Shown here: piece by piece, positions 23,723 through 36,345 of the stretch | Layout of the letters: every line of letters starts with the position of its first letter | How positions within the stretch are numbered: position 1 is the first letter of the stretch | Source of the DNA: Saprolegnia diclina VS20 | Lineage: Eukaryota | DNA length: 54,240 bases | Assembly (NCBI RefSeq): GCF_000281045.1 | Contig: NW_008246073.1 | Coordinates: forward strand, 911,050-965,289 | Reading direction: 5' to 3' | Notes under the pieces: generated by a model | Told to the model about the DNA's origin: nothing | The model's input: only the letters and a program-made list of their open reading frames with translations | Databases searched by the model: none | Program-made: the position numbers and the translations under genes

Positions 23723-25844
23723 TCAGAGAACGATGGCGACGTCGACGTCAGTAAACGTATCGTCCGAGAAGACGTACGCGGGCGGTCGACGGATCTGGGT
23801 CACTCGTACGCCGCCAGTCACCGTCTTGCCTAGAGGTATAGGCTTGAGGCAAGCAACAGGCAGACCGAGAGCACGTACTGGAGGACACCAGTCGGTGGAA
23901 GAGACACAGCTCGTGCATGAGGAGCCGGTAAAAGTTGTCTTTGAGTGCCAGCGAGAGGCAGTGCTCGGTGACGCAGCACGCTCTCGGGGACCCCATCGCA
24001 CCAGCGAGCTCGTCGGTCTCGTCGTCGCGCATGTTGCTCAAGAGCTGGTGCAAGTAGGTATCACACTCGCGCACCTCGTTCTACATGCCAGGCGTTCACC
24101 GACGGACAGTATCGATGCCGTTGTACCTTGGCAAAGGCGACGAGCAGCGTCTCGAGGCAGCAGAGGAACCGACGGTGCTCGAACCGCTGCAGCAGTGCGA
24201 ACGATGCAAACGACTTGCGCGCGCGTTTGGCAGCGTCGACGTCGACCTCTGCACAACATGACGTATCGCTCTGGGACTCGACGAGCACGTACCGTCGCTC
24301 TTGGCGCGCTTGCGCTTCCGGCTCAGTGGCGGCGCTTCGAGCACCAAGTGGGTATCCAAATCACACCAGCGCTCCGGTAACCACGACTGCAGTCGCGTGA
24401 GCTCGTCGGATGCAACTGGGGGCAGTTGCCGGCGCTGCAGAAACGTCGTTGTCGCCTCGACGCTTCTCGGCAAGGCGGAGAGCGCCATCGTGGGAGGCAG
24501 CGACGTCCAGACGCTAGCGTAAAAGAGCTCAAACGAGTGGACGCAGTGCGATTCTTCGTGCAGCAGCCACGCGCGCAGATCCTCAAAGATGACGCGCCGG
24601 TCGTCGAGGAACCCGAGGGGGCAACCACTCTTGCGGCAGAGGTGTGTGCGGTGGCGAAGGTGGTGGAGGTACAGAACAAACGCCAGAAGCGCGTCGACCG
24701 CGCCGTTGTGGTTCATCGCCGTCGCAAAGCCGACGAGCGCGCGAAGCGAGTTGGCTTGCACGCGCGCCGACGCCGTCGAGGACGTGAGCCCCAAGGCACT
24801 GGCAGTCCCCGCAAGGTTCTCGAGGCTCAGCACCTCTTGGCGCACCCACGTGAGCTTGCCTTGGTCCGCCGCCAGCTGCGTCTCGAAGAGCAAGCACGCA
24901 CTCGATCGCTCCTTGAGCACCGACATGCCATACATTTTGAAGATTTCAAACATGACGCGGGATGTCTGGAGGACGTGGGTCGGGTCGGTCGCCAAGGTCC
25001 GCAGCGCTGCGACGTCAGCAAGCAGCGACGCCACTTGAGCTGACGCCGGTGCCGCATTTGGTAGCAGATCCTCCACCGCTGTGAACGCGTGGTATAGCTC
25101 GTCGTCACGCATCGGCGGGTCGGCCTCGGTTGGCGAAGGCGGGTCGGCCTCGGTTGGTGAAGGCGGTTCCGCAGCGGAAACCACCGAGAGGATGGTTGTC
25201 GCAACGGGTGGCACCAATGACGAGAGGGCCTCGACGGGCGCTGCGTCACTACTGCTTGCATCCGAGTCGCTCAGGTCCGAGTCCAGGAGCTCCTGGAGTA
25301 GCTCAAATTGGTTGACCTTGCTCTTCTCGTCGGCTTCGGCCTGGACGGCCCACTGCGTGAACTCGACGTGGAGCATGTGCGAGACGACGCTGTCGAGCTT
25401 AGCAATCTCGGATGGCGACGGACGCGCTTTGGACGCAATGCGTCCGACGAGCACCTCGACGAGGTCGGCCTTCTCCTTGAGCTTGAGCGGGTGCAGCAAA
25501 ATCGTGTACTTGGCCGGGAAGAGCTTGTCGTAGACGCAGCTCAAGTTGGCGTTGGTCACGAGCGTGCTCCGGAGTTCGCGGAAGAGCTCCAAGTTGGAGA
25601 GGTCGTTGTCGTGCGTCGTCGAGCAAAAGAGGTGCACGTGCCGCAGGAGGCTGCGCCCGACGAGCTCGTCGAGGACCGCATCGCCGAGCCACTCGAGGAT
25701 CTCGTTGGCCCGGCGCTCGGCCTCGTCGATCCGAGGCTTGATCGCACGCGAGCTCAGCTTCTTGTCGCCTCCGCGCTTGGTCCGCTTGGCCATGAACGCT
25801 CCTCGTCCCGGCTTCTTCTTCCCAGCGGGCCGCGGCTTGACCAT
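23723..25844 (-). CDS. Protein with a C-terminal R3H (R3HDM4-like) nucleic-acid-binding domain; about 4 exons
   Basis: Large first exon from ATG 25844 (basic N-terminus), then exons at about 24249-24127, 24080-23879 and 23829-23723, giving 'LSLALKDNFYRLLMHELCLFHRLVSSSKTVTGGVRVTQIRR' with an RxxxH motif. Confidence 0.7.
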
Positions 25845-26333
25845 GCTTGGACACAAAGGCAAACTCGTATTTTATAGTCTCTGTACTTGCTATTTGTATG
25901 CAACATTAAATCTCGCAATTGAAGTAGAAAGGCATCTGGCACAACTGCAGTTCGATTGCGCTCGAGTTGCCGAGGACGAAGCAGTCGTACTGTCTCGCTT
26001 GGTCGCGCAAGGTGCTAGCGTCGCTACCACGTAGTATTGATGAACAGGTTGAGCTAGTTCCACGTACGTAGTCGCATGAAGAGTGAGCTGCACGTCCAGC
26101 GAGAGCATGACCAAGCCCTCCTCTTCCTTGGGTGGGAAGCACGGCGAGGGCTCCGAGGCACGTCTGGCAGGGACCTGGTGCAGTGTCATTGGCGTCCTCA
26201 GGGTGAATGAAGAAGAGGTGCATGCTGTCTGCTGCACAACTCTCTAGCGTCCCATCGCCCGACAACCCAAGCCCAAGCTGAGGATATGGCAAAGAAATCA
26301 AATTTAGAGAATAATGGCGGTGGGAGCATTGAA

Positions 26334-27609
<1,276 letters not shown>

Positions 27610-28240
27610 GCTGCTGCTTCTTCGACGAATGCGGACTGCGACGGTGTAGTCAACCGCCGCTGCGTAACCGGCCCCTCTCACATCCAATGCAAAAAGGAGG
27701 CAGGTTCTGAAACCCCTCCAACGTCCAACGGCCTCACCAAGATGACGACGACGCCATTAGCACTCCATATATAGAGCGATCATGGAAATTGGGCTTGAAG
27801 TACCGGTATATAACTCTAGTAGACGAGTACAACGCAGTCGCTTAATAGTACATGGACCTGGAGTAATCGACGCTCGCCGCGTCAGCGACTTGGATCACAA
27901 GAGACGCCGACGAGCTGCGTACAATTGCCCGACAGCGCCCAATGGACGACCAATAGAAAGGGATGTCTCGTGCTGTTGCTGTTGGCGTTGGGAGCTGGCG
28001 TTGTTCTGGTAACCACCCTTGATGTAATACCAGTTCTGTTGTAAGCTGAGCTATACCTTGACGCATTTGCAATGTACTACAGCGCCTCTGCGCACCAGGG
28101 GTCATGGTCATTGCCTTGCGTAAAACAGATCCACCGGCTTGGACGCTCGGCCGTTTTTGGGCCTAGAGTTGCCGTTTGAAAATAGGATACATCCTGATAT
28201 AGGACATTGCTCTTGCGGCCTGCCATTATTTTGGATCAAA

Positions 28241-28702
28241 ATGCTCGCACGTCGGGTCTTGAAGTGGCACGGCGTCCGTCACCTGCACATTGTCTTCTCG
28301 GACGGCGCGAGCCGTGGGAACCCGGGCGTTGGCGGCTGTGGCGCGGTCCTCGTCGATAGTTCCGGCGCTGTCGTCGCGACGGCCAAACAATACTTGGGCG
28401 AGAACATCACCAACAACGCGGCCGAGTACCACGGGCTCCTCCTCGCCTTGGATTTGGCCAAAGAACATGCGATCGAGAGCGTTGAAGTGCAAATGGACTC
28501 GGAGCTCGTGACCAAGCAAATGCTCGGCGTGTACCGCGTCAAGCACCCGGTGCTGCAAACGCTGCACACGCAGGCCAAGGCCAAGGCCAAGGCGCTGCCG
28601 CACGTGACGTACCGTGCGATTCCGCGCGCCGCCAACGCGGTCGCCGACCAGCTCGCCAACGACGCCATCGATAGTACGCGGCCGTCACAAACACAGCTTT
28701 AA
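28241..28702 (+). CDS. Ribonuclease HI, archaeal/bacterial type (RVT_3-like), possible organellar presequence
   Basis: FSDGASRGNPG, TNNAAEYHGL, MDSELV, IPRAANAVADQLAN (D-E-D-D catalytic set with Arg replacing His). Confidence 0.9.
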   Translation: MLARRVLKWHGVRHLHIVFSDGASRGNPGVGGCGAVLVDSSGAVVATAKQYLGENITNNAAEYHGLLLALDLAKEHAIESVEVQMDSELVTKQMLGVYRVKHPVLQTLHTQAKAKAKALPHVTYRAIPRAANAVADQLANDAIDSTRPSQTQL

Positions 28703-28718
28703 ACACATACAAAGACGT

Positions 28719-29273
28719 TTACATTTCGTCTTCCTCCAAAAGCATGTTGGGCACGCCGCCCGAGATCGGGTAGCTGCGGCCGCAGTTGTTGCACACGAGC
28801 TCGCCTTCAATGATCTCGGCCTACGCACATGATGCCCACGCGTTCTCGCAACTCGAAACGTACGCCAAAAATGATGTGGTGCACAGCGCGAAGGAGCTCT
28901 TCGTCGTTTTCGTAGTTGGCCGGCAGCGTGGTCGGCAGCGACGGCAGCTCCGGGTGGTTGAGCTACTCGCATGCATCCTCACTACGCGTAATCAACACGA
29001 GGCGCCTACCTGCTGGACCGTCGTGCAGAGCCCCCGCCAGTCGATCGACTTGAAGATGTGGCACATAAAGTCCTTCGAGTACTGCGTCTCGGACACGGCA
29101 ATGCCATTCTCGGCGGCGTCAATCTAGCGATGCATGATAGCTACGGGTCTCTGCTCCGCGAAGCGTCTTACGCGCAGCGGAAAGTTGGCCGGCGGCGCGT
29201 TCGGGTCAATGCGGGCGGTCGCGACGCACGCCTTGATGTTGCACGTGAGCATGTTGTGGGTCAAGAGGCGCAT
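28719..29273 (-). CDS. TRM112: Multifunctional methyltransferase activator TRM112; 4 exons
   Basis: Spliced product MRLLTHNMLTCNIK...NFPLR.../...SIDWRGL.../...LLRAVHHIIF/AEIIEGELVCNNCGRSYPISGGVPNMLLEEDEM. Confidence 0.93.
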
Positions 29274-29448
29274 GGTCAGCGGTCGCTTTGCGGGATGGCC
29301 TTTCTGGCGTCTCGAAACTATAATCAATCTATGGACCAATCAACAGGCGCGAGCCAACGATTGGCGTAGAAATGGCCAATCACACGTTAGGATCCACTTT
29401 GCCTTAAAGAACTGGTGGTGGTTCATAACCCATTATAGTCGCAGCACG
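29274..29448. promoter_or_regulatory. Bidirectional promoter between TRM112 and GNL3-like, with CCAAT boxes
   Basis: 175 nt between divergent ATGs; CCAAT/ATTGG at about 29336, 29360 and 29376. Confidence 0.6.
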
Positions 29449-31166
29449 ATGGTGAAGAAGAAGACCAAGTCCAAGCGCCTGACCTTGCACAAGAAGTACA
29501 AGATCCTGCGCAAGGTGCGCGAGCACGAGCGCAAGGAGCGCAAGAAGGAGCGGACCGGCGCCGGCAAGAAGAAGAAGAGCCCGGGCATTCCCAACAACTG
29601 GCCGTTCAAGGAAGAGCTGTTGCTGCAGGAAGAGCAGGCGCGCCTTGCCGAGATTGCCAACCAGGAGCGCCTCAAGGAGCTCCGCCGCAAGGAGAAGGCC
29701 GAGAAGAAGAAGGCCGACAAGGCCACGATCAATGCGCTCGCGCAGATCCCGGCGGCGACCTCGCTCACGGTCAAGCAGCAGGCCAAGGAAGACCTCAAGA
29801 ACGTCGTCGCCAACGCCGATCTCATTGTCATCGTGCTCGACGCGCGCGACCCGCAGGGCTGCCGGTCGCTCTCGCTCGAAGACGGCCTCGTCGGCACGGC
29901 CAAGAAGGATATCCTTCTCGTGCTCAACAAGGTCGACTTGATCTCGCGCGACACGGCCGAGAAGTGGGTCACGTACCTTCGCCGCTTCCACCCGACGATC
30001 GCCGTGCGCGCCGCCAACAAGACGTTCAAGGAAGCCACCAAGCACAACAAGTCGGAGCGCGCCTCGTCGGCGCTCCACGCCCGCGCGCAAGACGTCGATG
30101 GGCTGCGTGACAATGGCCACGTCGATGCGCTCACGCACTTTCTGCACGAGTACGTCAAGGCCAAGAAGGCCGAGAAGGTCAACGTTGCGCTCGTGGGGTA
30201 CCCGAACGTCGGCAAGTCGTCGCTCTTCAACTCGCTCAAGCGCAAGAACCTCCAGACCACGTCCTACTTTCGTATGTCTCTACCTTCTTGATCTGCAGCA
30301 AGCTCATGCTCGTCGTCTCTGTAGCGCGCACCACCAAGGTGGCGGCCGACGCGCAGATCGGCGAGCACATTACGATCATCGACACGCCGGCGCTCGACAC
30401 GGAGTTCAGCGACCCGAACTCGGTCATCATGCGCCACGGCCTCGGCGCCGAGTACTCGCTCGACCCGGTCCCGGCCGTCGAGTCGGTCCTCAACCGCGGC
30501 GAGATGGTCAACGCGATGCAGTCGCTCAACGTGCCGCTCTTCAAGTCGACGGAAGACTTCCTCAAGAAGTTTGCCCAGAAGAAGCAGATGACGCGCAAGG
30601 GCGGCGACGCCGACATCCTCCTTGCCGCGCGCACCTTCCTCCAGACGCTCGTCGACGGCTCGGTCGCGACCATGACGCTCGCGCCGACCAACTCCAAGTC
30701 GCGCTTCGACATGCCCAAGTGGTTTGCCAAGGTGGATGCCAAGACGCTGGCGACGCACGAGGCCGCGCTCTACGCGTCCAACCCGGCCGCCCGCCACTCG
30801 TCCTTCCTGACGTTCAAGGCGCAGGCCTCCAACCACACGACGGGCGACACGACCGAGTACGACAACGTCATGGGCACGCTCGTCCTGGAAGAGGTCGCTT
30901 CGGACGATGAAGACGAAGAGGATGACGATGAAGAAGAAGGCGACGACGAGGATGACGAAGACGCCGAGGAAGAGGAAGAAGAGGAAGAGGAAGAAGAAGA
31001 AGAGGTCGTCGAGGTTGTTGCTCCGTCGCGCCGTCGCTCGACGCGCAACAGCGCGCCCGTGGCCGCCAAGGAGGCGCCCAAGCCGGCGTCCCGCAAGCGC
31101 GCGGCCAAGGAGGCTCCGGCGGACGAGCCCGTCGCCCGGCGAAGCTCGACGCGCAAAACTAAGTAA
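29449..31166 (+). CDS. Nucleostemin/GNL3/Nug1-like circularly permuted GTPase; intron 30272-30324
   Basis: N-terminal KSKRLTLHKKYKILRKVREH...PGIPNNWPFKEELL; G5 DARDP, G4 NKVD, G1 GYPNVGKSS; 'RKGGDADILLAAR'; acidic tail. Confidence 0.9.
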
Positions 31167-31637
31167 AGCTACCACCCCTCGCATTAGATCCCCACCCCAA
31201 GTATTTGAATGTATGAAATTTGACCTCTACCTACATCGTCTTCTTCCTTCATGACGCTTCCTTCCTTGCTCCATGGAGCTTCCTCTTCCTCACGCCATGG
31301 AGCTTCCTCGTCGGTCAATATACGCCGAATTTACTGTTTAAATTCGGCATTATCCGATATTAAATTCGGCATGTCTGCGAGGCGGCAAATAGGCTTGTAA
31401 CGAGGGCGATTCCGTAAACGCCTTCTAACGAGGGCCGGGATCCCAGCAGACGGCAACAAGAGAGGTCGAAAATTATGAGCAGCAACTTGTGTCGAGTGTG
31501 CAACCATGAGCACGAGCAAGTAGGATGGACGGTCCATGCAGCTAGGATGACGATGGCTCATGCGTAGGGCGTCAAGTGTCCCATCTGCGGCCACACTGGC
31601 AAGTGCAAGGTGCTAATGCTGCTCAAGGTAGACCACC

Positions 31638-32287
31638 ATGCTGCTCCGAGGCGAGAGGCTCATGCCCAATGTGCAGAAGAATACGCCGATCAACCAAGTG
31701 ACGTTGCGCGCGTTCCGCATCGATGTGCACGCGAGCCCAATCCTCGGCGACTGGAGCTTTAGCCGCCTCTTGCGCGAAAACATCTTTGCGCTGCCGACGG
31801 CCATGTTTGACGCGCCTCTCTTTGACAACCTCGACGTGACGAACGCGTGCAAGCACGTCCTCATCTTTGGTGCGCAGCGACGACCATGATGATCTATGGC
31901 GCTCATGTGACGCAGTCGGCGATGCACCCGTGGGCACGGCGCGCTGGAGCTTCACGTACGACAATGGCGTCGAGGTCGCGCTCATCGAAAAGTTTGGCCT
32001 CCTCGACACCCATCGCCAACAAGGCCATGGCACCAAGATGCTCGACTACATCATCCAGGTACGCCATATCGTTGACATGTCCGTCAAGGAGGGGCGCACA
32101 TGGCGTATAGGACATTGCGACGACGTCGGCCGAGGTCGGGCGGGACGTGTTTGCGATCGTCGCCAGCGTGCGCAACAATGTTGACGAGCCAGCGTACAAG
32201 CTCTTCCTCAAATGCAAGTTCCAGCCCAAGGCGCCCGAGGGCCACGCCCGGGACAGCAGCATCAAGATGGTGCTGACGCACAACTAA
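31638..32287 (+). CDS. GNAT-fold acetyltransferase (ElaA/YjcF-like); 3 exons
   Basis: Spliced 'KHVLIF/VGDAPVGTARW...IEKFGLLDTHRQQGHGTKMLDYIIQ/...AYKLFLKCKF'; R-Q-Q-G-H-G acetyl-CoA loop. Confidence 0.7.
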
Positions 32288-32428
32288 GCTGTCATTGTCG
32301 TCATCAGAGTCGAGGAAGATGTCCTTTTTGCATTTTCATTCTCCATATCCTAGTGCGAGATGGGTTGTCTTGGACGACTTGCGCTAGAGCATGCAAAACG
32401 AGAGAGGTCGGAGGGGCGCCTCAGCAGT

Positions 32429-32875
32429 CTAGGCTTCGTCTTCGCAGAGGCTGCAGTCACAAACGCCATCATGTACGACGGTCGTTGGTATCTTGGCCGC
32501 GTCCTTGCACGTAAACTCGACCACGGGCACGATGTGCGAGCAGGCGCTTGTCCCAGCTTCGTCGAGGCCGTCTTCGAGACAGTCGCAGTAGTCGTCGTTG
32601 ATCTGGTCATCGCGAAGGACCATCTTCTTTTGGACGCCGCAAAAGCGAAGCGTCGTATGCGGCGCCATGACCTTGCGCAGCTGGGGCTCGCTACTTGGGT
32701 GCTCCCCGCCCGCCGAGAGGCTCCACACAAGGAGGCAGCCGAGCAAGAGAAGACAGAGCGGCAGCTTCCATGCGAAGCGCGGCGCAGAATTGCGCATGGC
32801 CGAGCGCGGGCTCACGGCGACACCGGCCTCTTCATCGTCGGCGACGCGGCGCCGGAACCGAGCGTTCGAGTCCAT
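32429..32875 (-). CDS. Small membrane protein with a glucosidase II beta (PRKCSH) N-terminal LDLa-like domain only
   Basis: Internal hydrophobic anchor, then 'QINDDYCDCLEDGLDEAGTSAC...FTC...IPTTVVHDGVCDC', then stop. Confidence 0.8.
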   Translation of the reverse strand: MDSNARFRRRVADDEEAGVAVSPRSAMRNSAPRFAWKLPLCLLLLGCLLVWSLSAGGEHPSSEPQLRKVMAPHTTLRFCGVQKKMVLRDDQINDDYCDCLEDGLDEAGTSACSHIVPVVEFTCKDAAKIPTTVVHDGVCDCSLCEDEA

Positions 32876-33685
32876 GGTACACAAGATCGAAGCATCTTCG
32901 TATTCGATGCTGCAGGACCTCTCAAAATCAGTGCAACAAGTGTGAACTTCAACCTCTCAGGGAGTCTCCCGCGCATGGATCGCTGTAGGACGACGAGCTC
33001 TTTGCGAACGAAGGTTCGTATTGGTAGCCTCTCGTAGCGGCCTCGTGCACGCATTGAGGGACCAGGTACAAGGGTCGCAGCTACGCGTTGCCAGTGGTCC
33101 GCGACAGTATTTGAAGGTGCCACGCCATTTTGCACTTGACTTTGCACTCACTCCTTCTCGTTGACGACGAACGACATTGATGGGCTTGGTTCCAAAGTAG
33201 ACACTACCGTGTGGTGACAGCGCTGCGTCACTTCCACCAACGACGCTCGCACCGGGCCTTCCATCGCTGCAACGACAGTCGTTGGTCGGTGCCGTTGTCG
33301 TCGCCTCAACCTCGGTGTACGACGAGGAGGCGCGAACTACTAGCATGAAGAAGCGTCGGACGCCATCACGGTCACGGAAGTCAGCAAGTAGACGCATATG
33401 CGACGACGCTGATATCCCGCTCCAGTCACACAAGCAGGTTGGGACAGCGGCGATCGTATACTGAGCGCGAGTGTTGCGAGAAGAAGACGAGCTCATAAGA
33501 CGGCTTCTTTCCGCCAATCCTGATCGACGCCAGAAGCATGTGTCAACCATGCATACAAACGGGCACTACACGAGTCGTCCAGCTGCCGTCGGCGTAAGAT
33601 CTTGGCGCACGCACCGAAAATTGTGATACAACAAAATGCTCTCTAACGCACCTTCTTCGTACAGCTGCCGCTTTCTCCCTGCTTC

Positions 33686-33701
33686 ACTCATTTCGCGTTT
33701 C
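33686..33701 (+). promoter_or_regulatory. Oomycete INR+FPR core promoter element
   Basis: ACTCATTTCGCGTTTC fits the GCTCATTYBNNNWTTY-type consensus and lies about 18 nt upstream of the kinase ATG at 33719. Confidence 0.55.
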
Positions 33702-33718
33702 GAGTCGTCGCCGCTAGC

Positions 33719-35206
33719 ATGAACATCAACCGGCCGCACAAAGGTGGCCTCAAGATGGGCAACTTCTTTGGCACCTTTGGCTCGCCGATCCGCACGTCGC
33801 ACATGGAAGCAGCGGCCAACGACCGCGACGACCCGTTCCGGAAGCCGCCCAAGCCGCACCACCATTTGAGCCCGCACGAAAATGTGTACCAGCGCCCGAC
33901 GCCCAAGAAGAAGGACGACGAGCCAGCAAAGGAGCCGGCGGTCGACGAAAACGACATGACCGACGTCGCTACCGTCAAGAACAACGGCGGCCGCGTCGAG
34001 CGCAAGCCGTCTGGCAACGACTTTCCCGCCGAGCCGCCGCGCGCGCCGCAGATCCAGCTCGACGTCGCGCGCAAAGCCAAAATCCCGCTCTTCTTGCGCT
34101 CGCCGCTTTTCGGTGGCACCGACGAGAAGCCGCCGGCGCAGCCCGAGGCCGCACCCGCGCGTCCGGCGCCGGCACCGGTGCAGCCCCCAACGCCCCATGC
34201 CGCACCAGCCGTCGGGCGTCCGGTGCAGTCGCGCAACATCAATTTCAGTGAAGTGTCGCTCGGCCGCGTCATCGGTGAAGGCGCCTTTGGCAAAGTCCAC
34301 GAAGGCAAGTGGCGCGACCGTCCGGTGGCGGTCAAGCTCCTCATCTGCCAAGAACTGCGCCAAGACATCCTCGAAGAGTTCCAGAGCGAAGTCGAAATCA
34401 TGAGTGTCCTCCGGTGCGTGCACTCCTCATTCACCAGAGCAAAGATGGAAGGAGACCGCATGTAGGCACCCGAACATTTGCCGGCTCCTTGGCGCCTGCA
34501 TAGATCCACCCAACCGGTGCTTGGTGGTTGAGCTTCTGCCGCGCGGGTCGCTCTGGGGCGTGCTCCGCACGAGCCGCTCGATCGACGAGCTCATGCGCAT
34601 CGGGTACGCGTCCTCTTACTGCGTATGGCAAGGGACTCATGCACCGCAAGGTTCATCAACGATACGGCCAAGGGCATGAGTTATTTGCACAACTTCCAGC
34701 CGCCGATCCTGCACCGTGATCTCAAGAGCCCCAACTTGCTCGTCGACCGCAACTACGCGATCAAGATCTCGGACTTTGGCCTCTCGCGTGTCAAGGCGCA
34801 TGTCCAGACGATGACGGGCAACTGCGGCACGGTGCAGTGGATGGCGTACGTCGATTCTCGTCATCTCTAGCACGGACGACTTATGTCCAATATGGCCATT
34901 AGGCCCGAAGTGCTGGGCAACCAAAAGTACACGGAGAAGGCCGACGTCTTCTCGTTCGGGATCGTCATCTGGGAGTGCGTCACGGGCGAGTGCCCGTACG
35001 ACGGGATGACGCAGATCCAGGCGGCGCTCGGCGTCCTCAATCGCAACCTCCGCCCCGTCGTGCCCAAGACGTGCCCGCCGTTCCTGGCGCAGCTCATGAA
35101 GGCGTGCTGGGCGCGCCAGCCCGAGCTCCGTCCGTCCTTTCTACAGATTGTGAGCGCGCTCCGCGACTATACGATCCGCAAGAGCATGGAAGAGCAAAAG
35201 CACTAG
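33719..35206 (+). CDS. Tyrosine-kinase-like (TKL/MAP3K) Ser/Thr kinase; 4 exons
   Basis: Pro-rich N-terminus; IGEGAFGKV, VAVKLL, HPNIC, ILHRDLKSPNLLV, ISDFGLSR, GNCGTVQWMA/PEVL, KADVFSFGIVIWE. Confidence 0.93.
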
Positions 35207-35284
35207 TTTCCTCCTACGTTATATAACAAAAAAGACCGTGTGTAGCATGCAGGATCGTGTTGTTGTTGTTGTTATAACACGCGC

Positions 35285-35995
35285 TTACAAGATGAACGGG
35301 AGCTTGTCGCCGGCGACGAAGCCGCGCTCGCAGCCGTTGGCGTCGATCGTGACCGTGCGGATGACGCCGCCCGAGCTGCCGTCGCGCGCCATCGCATGCG
35401 AGAGAGCCTTTTGGACAAATGCGACGCACTCTTCCTTGGTCATGCCCGATCGCCAGTGCGCGTCGACAAAACCGTAGATATACGTCGAGCCCGACCCGCC
35501 GATCGCGACTTCCTGCTCGACCAACGCGCCGCCGATCGGCACCGAGTACACCTGGCCGCCCTTGACGGCGTCGTAACCGGCGACAATGATGCCGGCCATC
35601 AAGCGGTCCTTGTTTTCGTAACAGAGCTTGCGGAACAAGTTGGCGGCTGTGTGCACCTTGGGCAACGCGTCGCCCTCGAGCTCGTCGGCGTGCGACGCCA
35701 TAAAGTGGCGCACATAGTCCGAGAGCGCCTGCGTGTCGGCCGCGCTGCCCGACCGGCAGCAGTAGATGCGGTCGTGGATCATCGTGAGCTTGTCCGAGAC
35801 GCGGTTCGCCACGTACGTGCCCGTGGACGTGCGACTGTCAGCGCCGAGGACGACGCCGCCCGCGTACTTGACCGCAATGATCGTCGTGCCCGAGCTCACT
35901 TCGCCGGCCTTGAGGTTGTAGCCGCTGCTCTCGTCGAACTGCGTCGCGCTGCTGCTGCCAGCGCTGCCATACCCGTACCCGGACGCCATGTTCAT
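35285..35995 (-). CDS. PSMB6: 20S proteasome subunit beta-1 (beta type-6)
   Basis: Propeptide, then [69 protein letters not shown]. Confidence 0.95.
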   Translation of the reverse strand: MNMASGYGYGSAGSSSATQFDESSGYNLKAGEVSSGTTIIAVKYAGGVVLGADSRTSTGTYVANRVSDKLTMIHDRIYCCRSGSAADTQALSDYVRHFMASHADELEGDALPKVHTAANLFRKLCYENKDRLMAGIIVAGYDAVKGGQVYSVPIGGALVEQEVAIGGSGSTYIYGFVDAHWRSGMTKEECVAFVQKALSHAMARDGSSGGVIRTVTIDANGCERGFVAGDKLPFIL

Positions 35996-36345
35996 CGTGG
36001 ATCTGCTTTGTTGGCGGCTCCTTTGCTTCTGGGGTGCTGCTGCTTTCGTTGTACCTCTATAAGAACATAAATACCAGGTATTCACTTTAAGAGGATCTCG
36101 GAAGATCGCGAAATCTGCGGCACGTCCAAGCCGAGCTAGCGCCAGGCGCCAGGTGGCATGGAGGGCGGCCCCAGAAGACGACGCCAGCCATGGCCTCGCT
36201 ACATATGGACGCCCTTCGCGACGTGTCGGGTGCGAAACGCGCGCTCGATGAGGCCATCGCCGTTCAATGGACCGCCATCGACCCTCTGCGTGTAGTAGCA
36301 TCGATGAATGCAGCATGAAGCATGTAGTATTATGTAGAAGTGGTG

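Noticed and set aside
28139..28702. RNase H as part of a retrotransposon
   Set aside because: No RT, integrase, gag or LTR nearby, and it is flanked by housekeeping genes
29134..29448. N-terminal extension of the GNL3-like ORF
   Set aside because: Overlaps TRM112 antisense and the shared promoter; the family N-terminus begins at 29449
31270..31310. CCATGGAGCTTCCTC direct repeat x2
   Set aside because: Small local duplication in an intergenic pyrimidine-rich tract with no evidence of function
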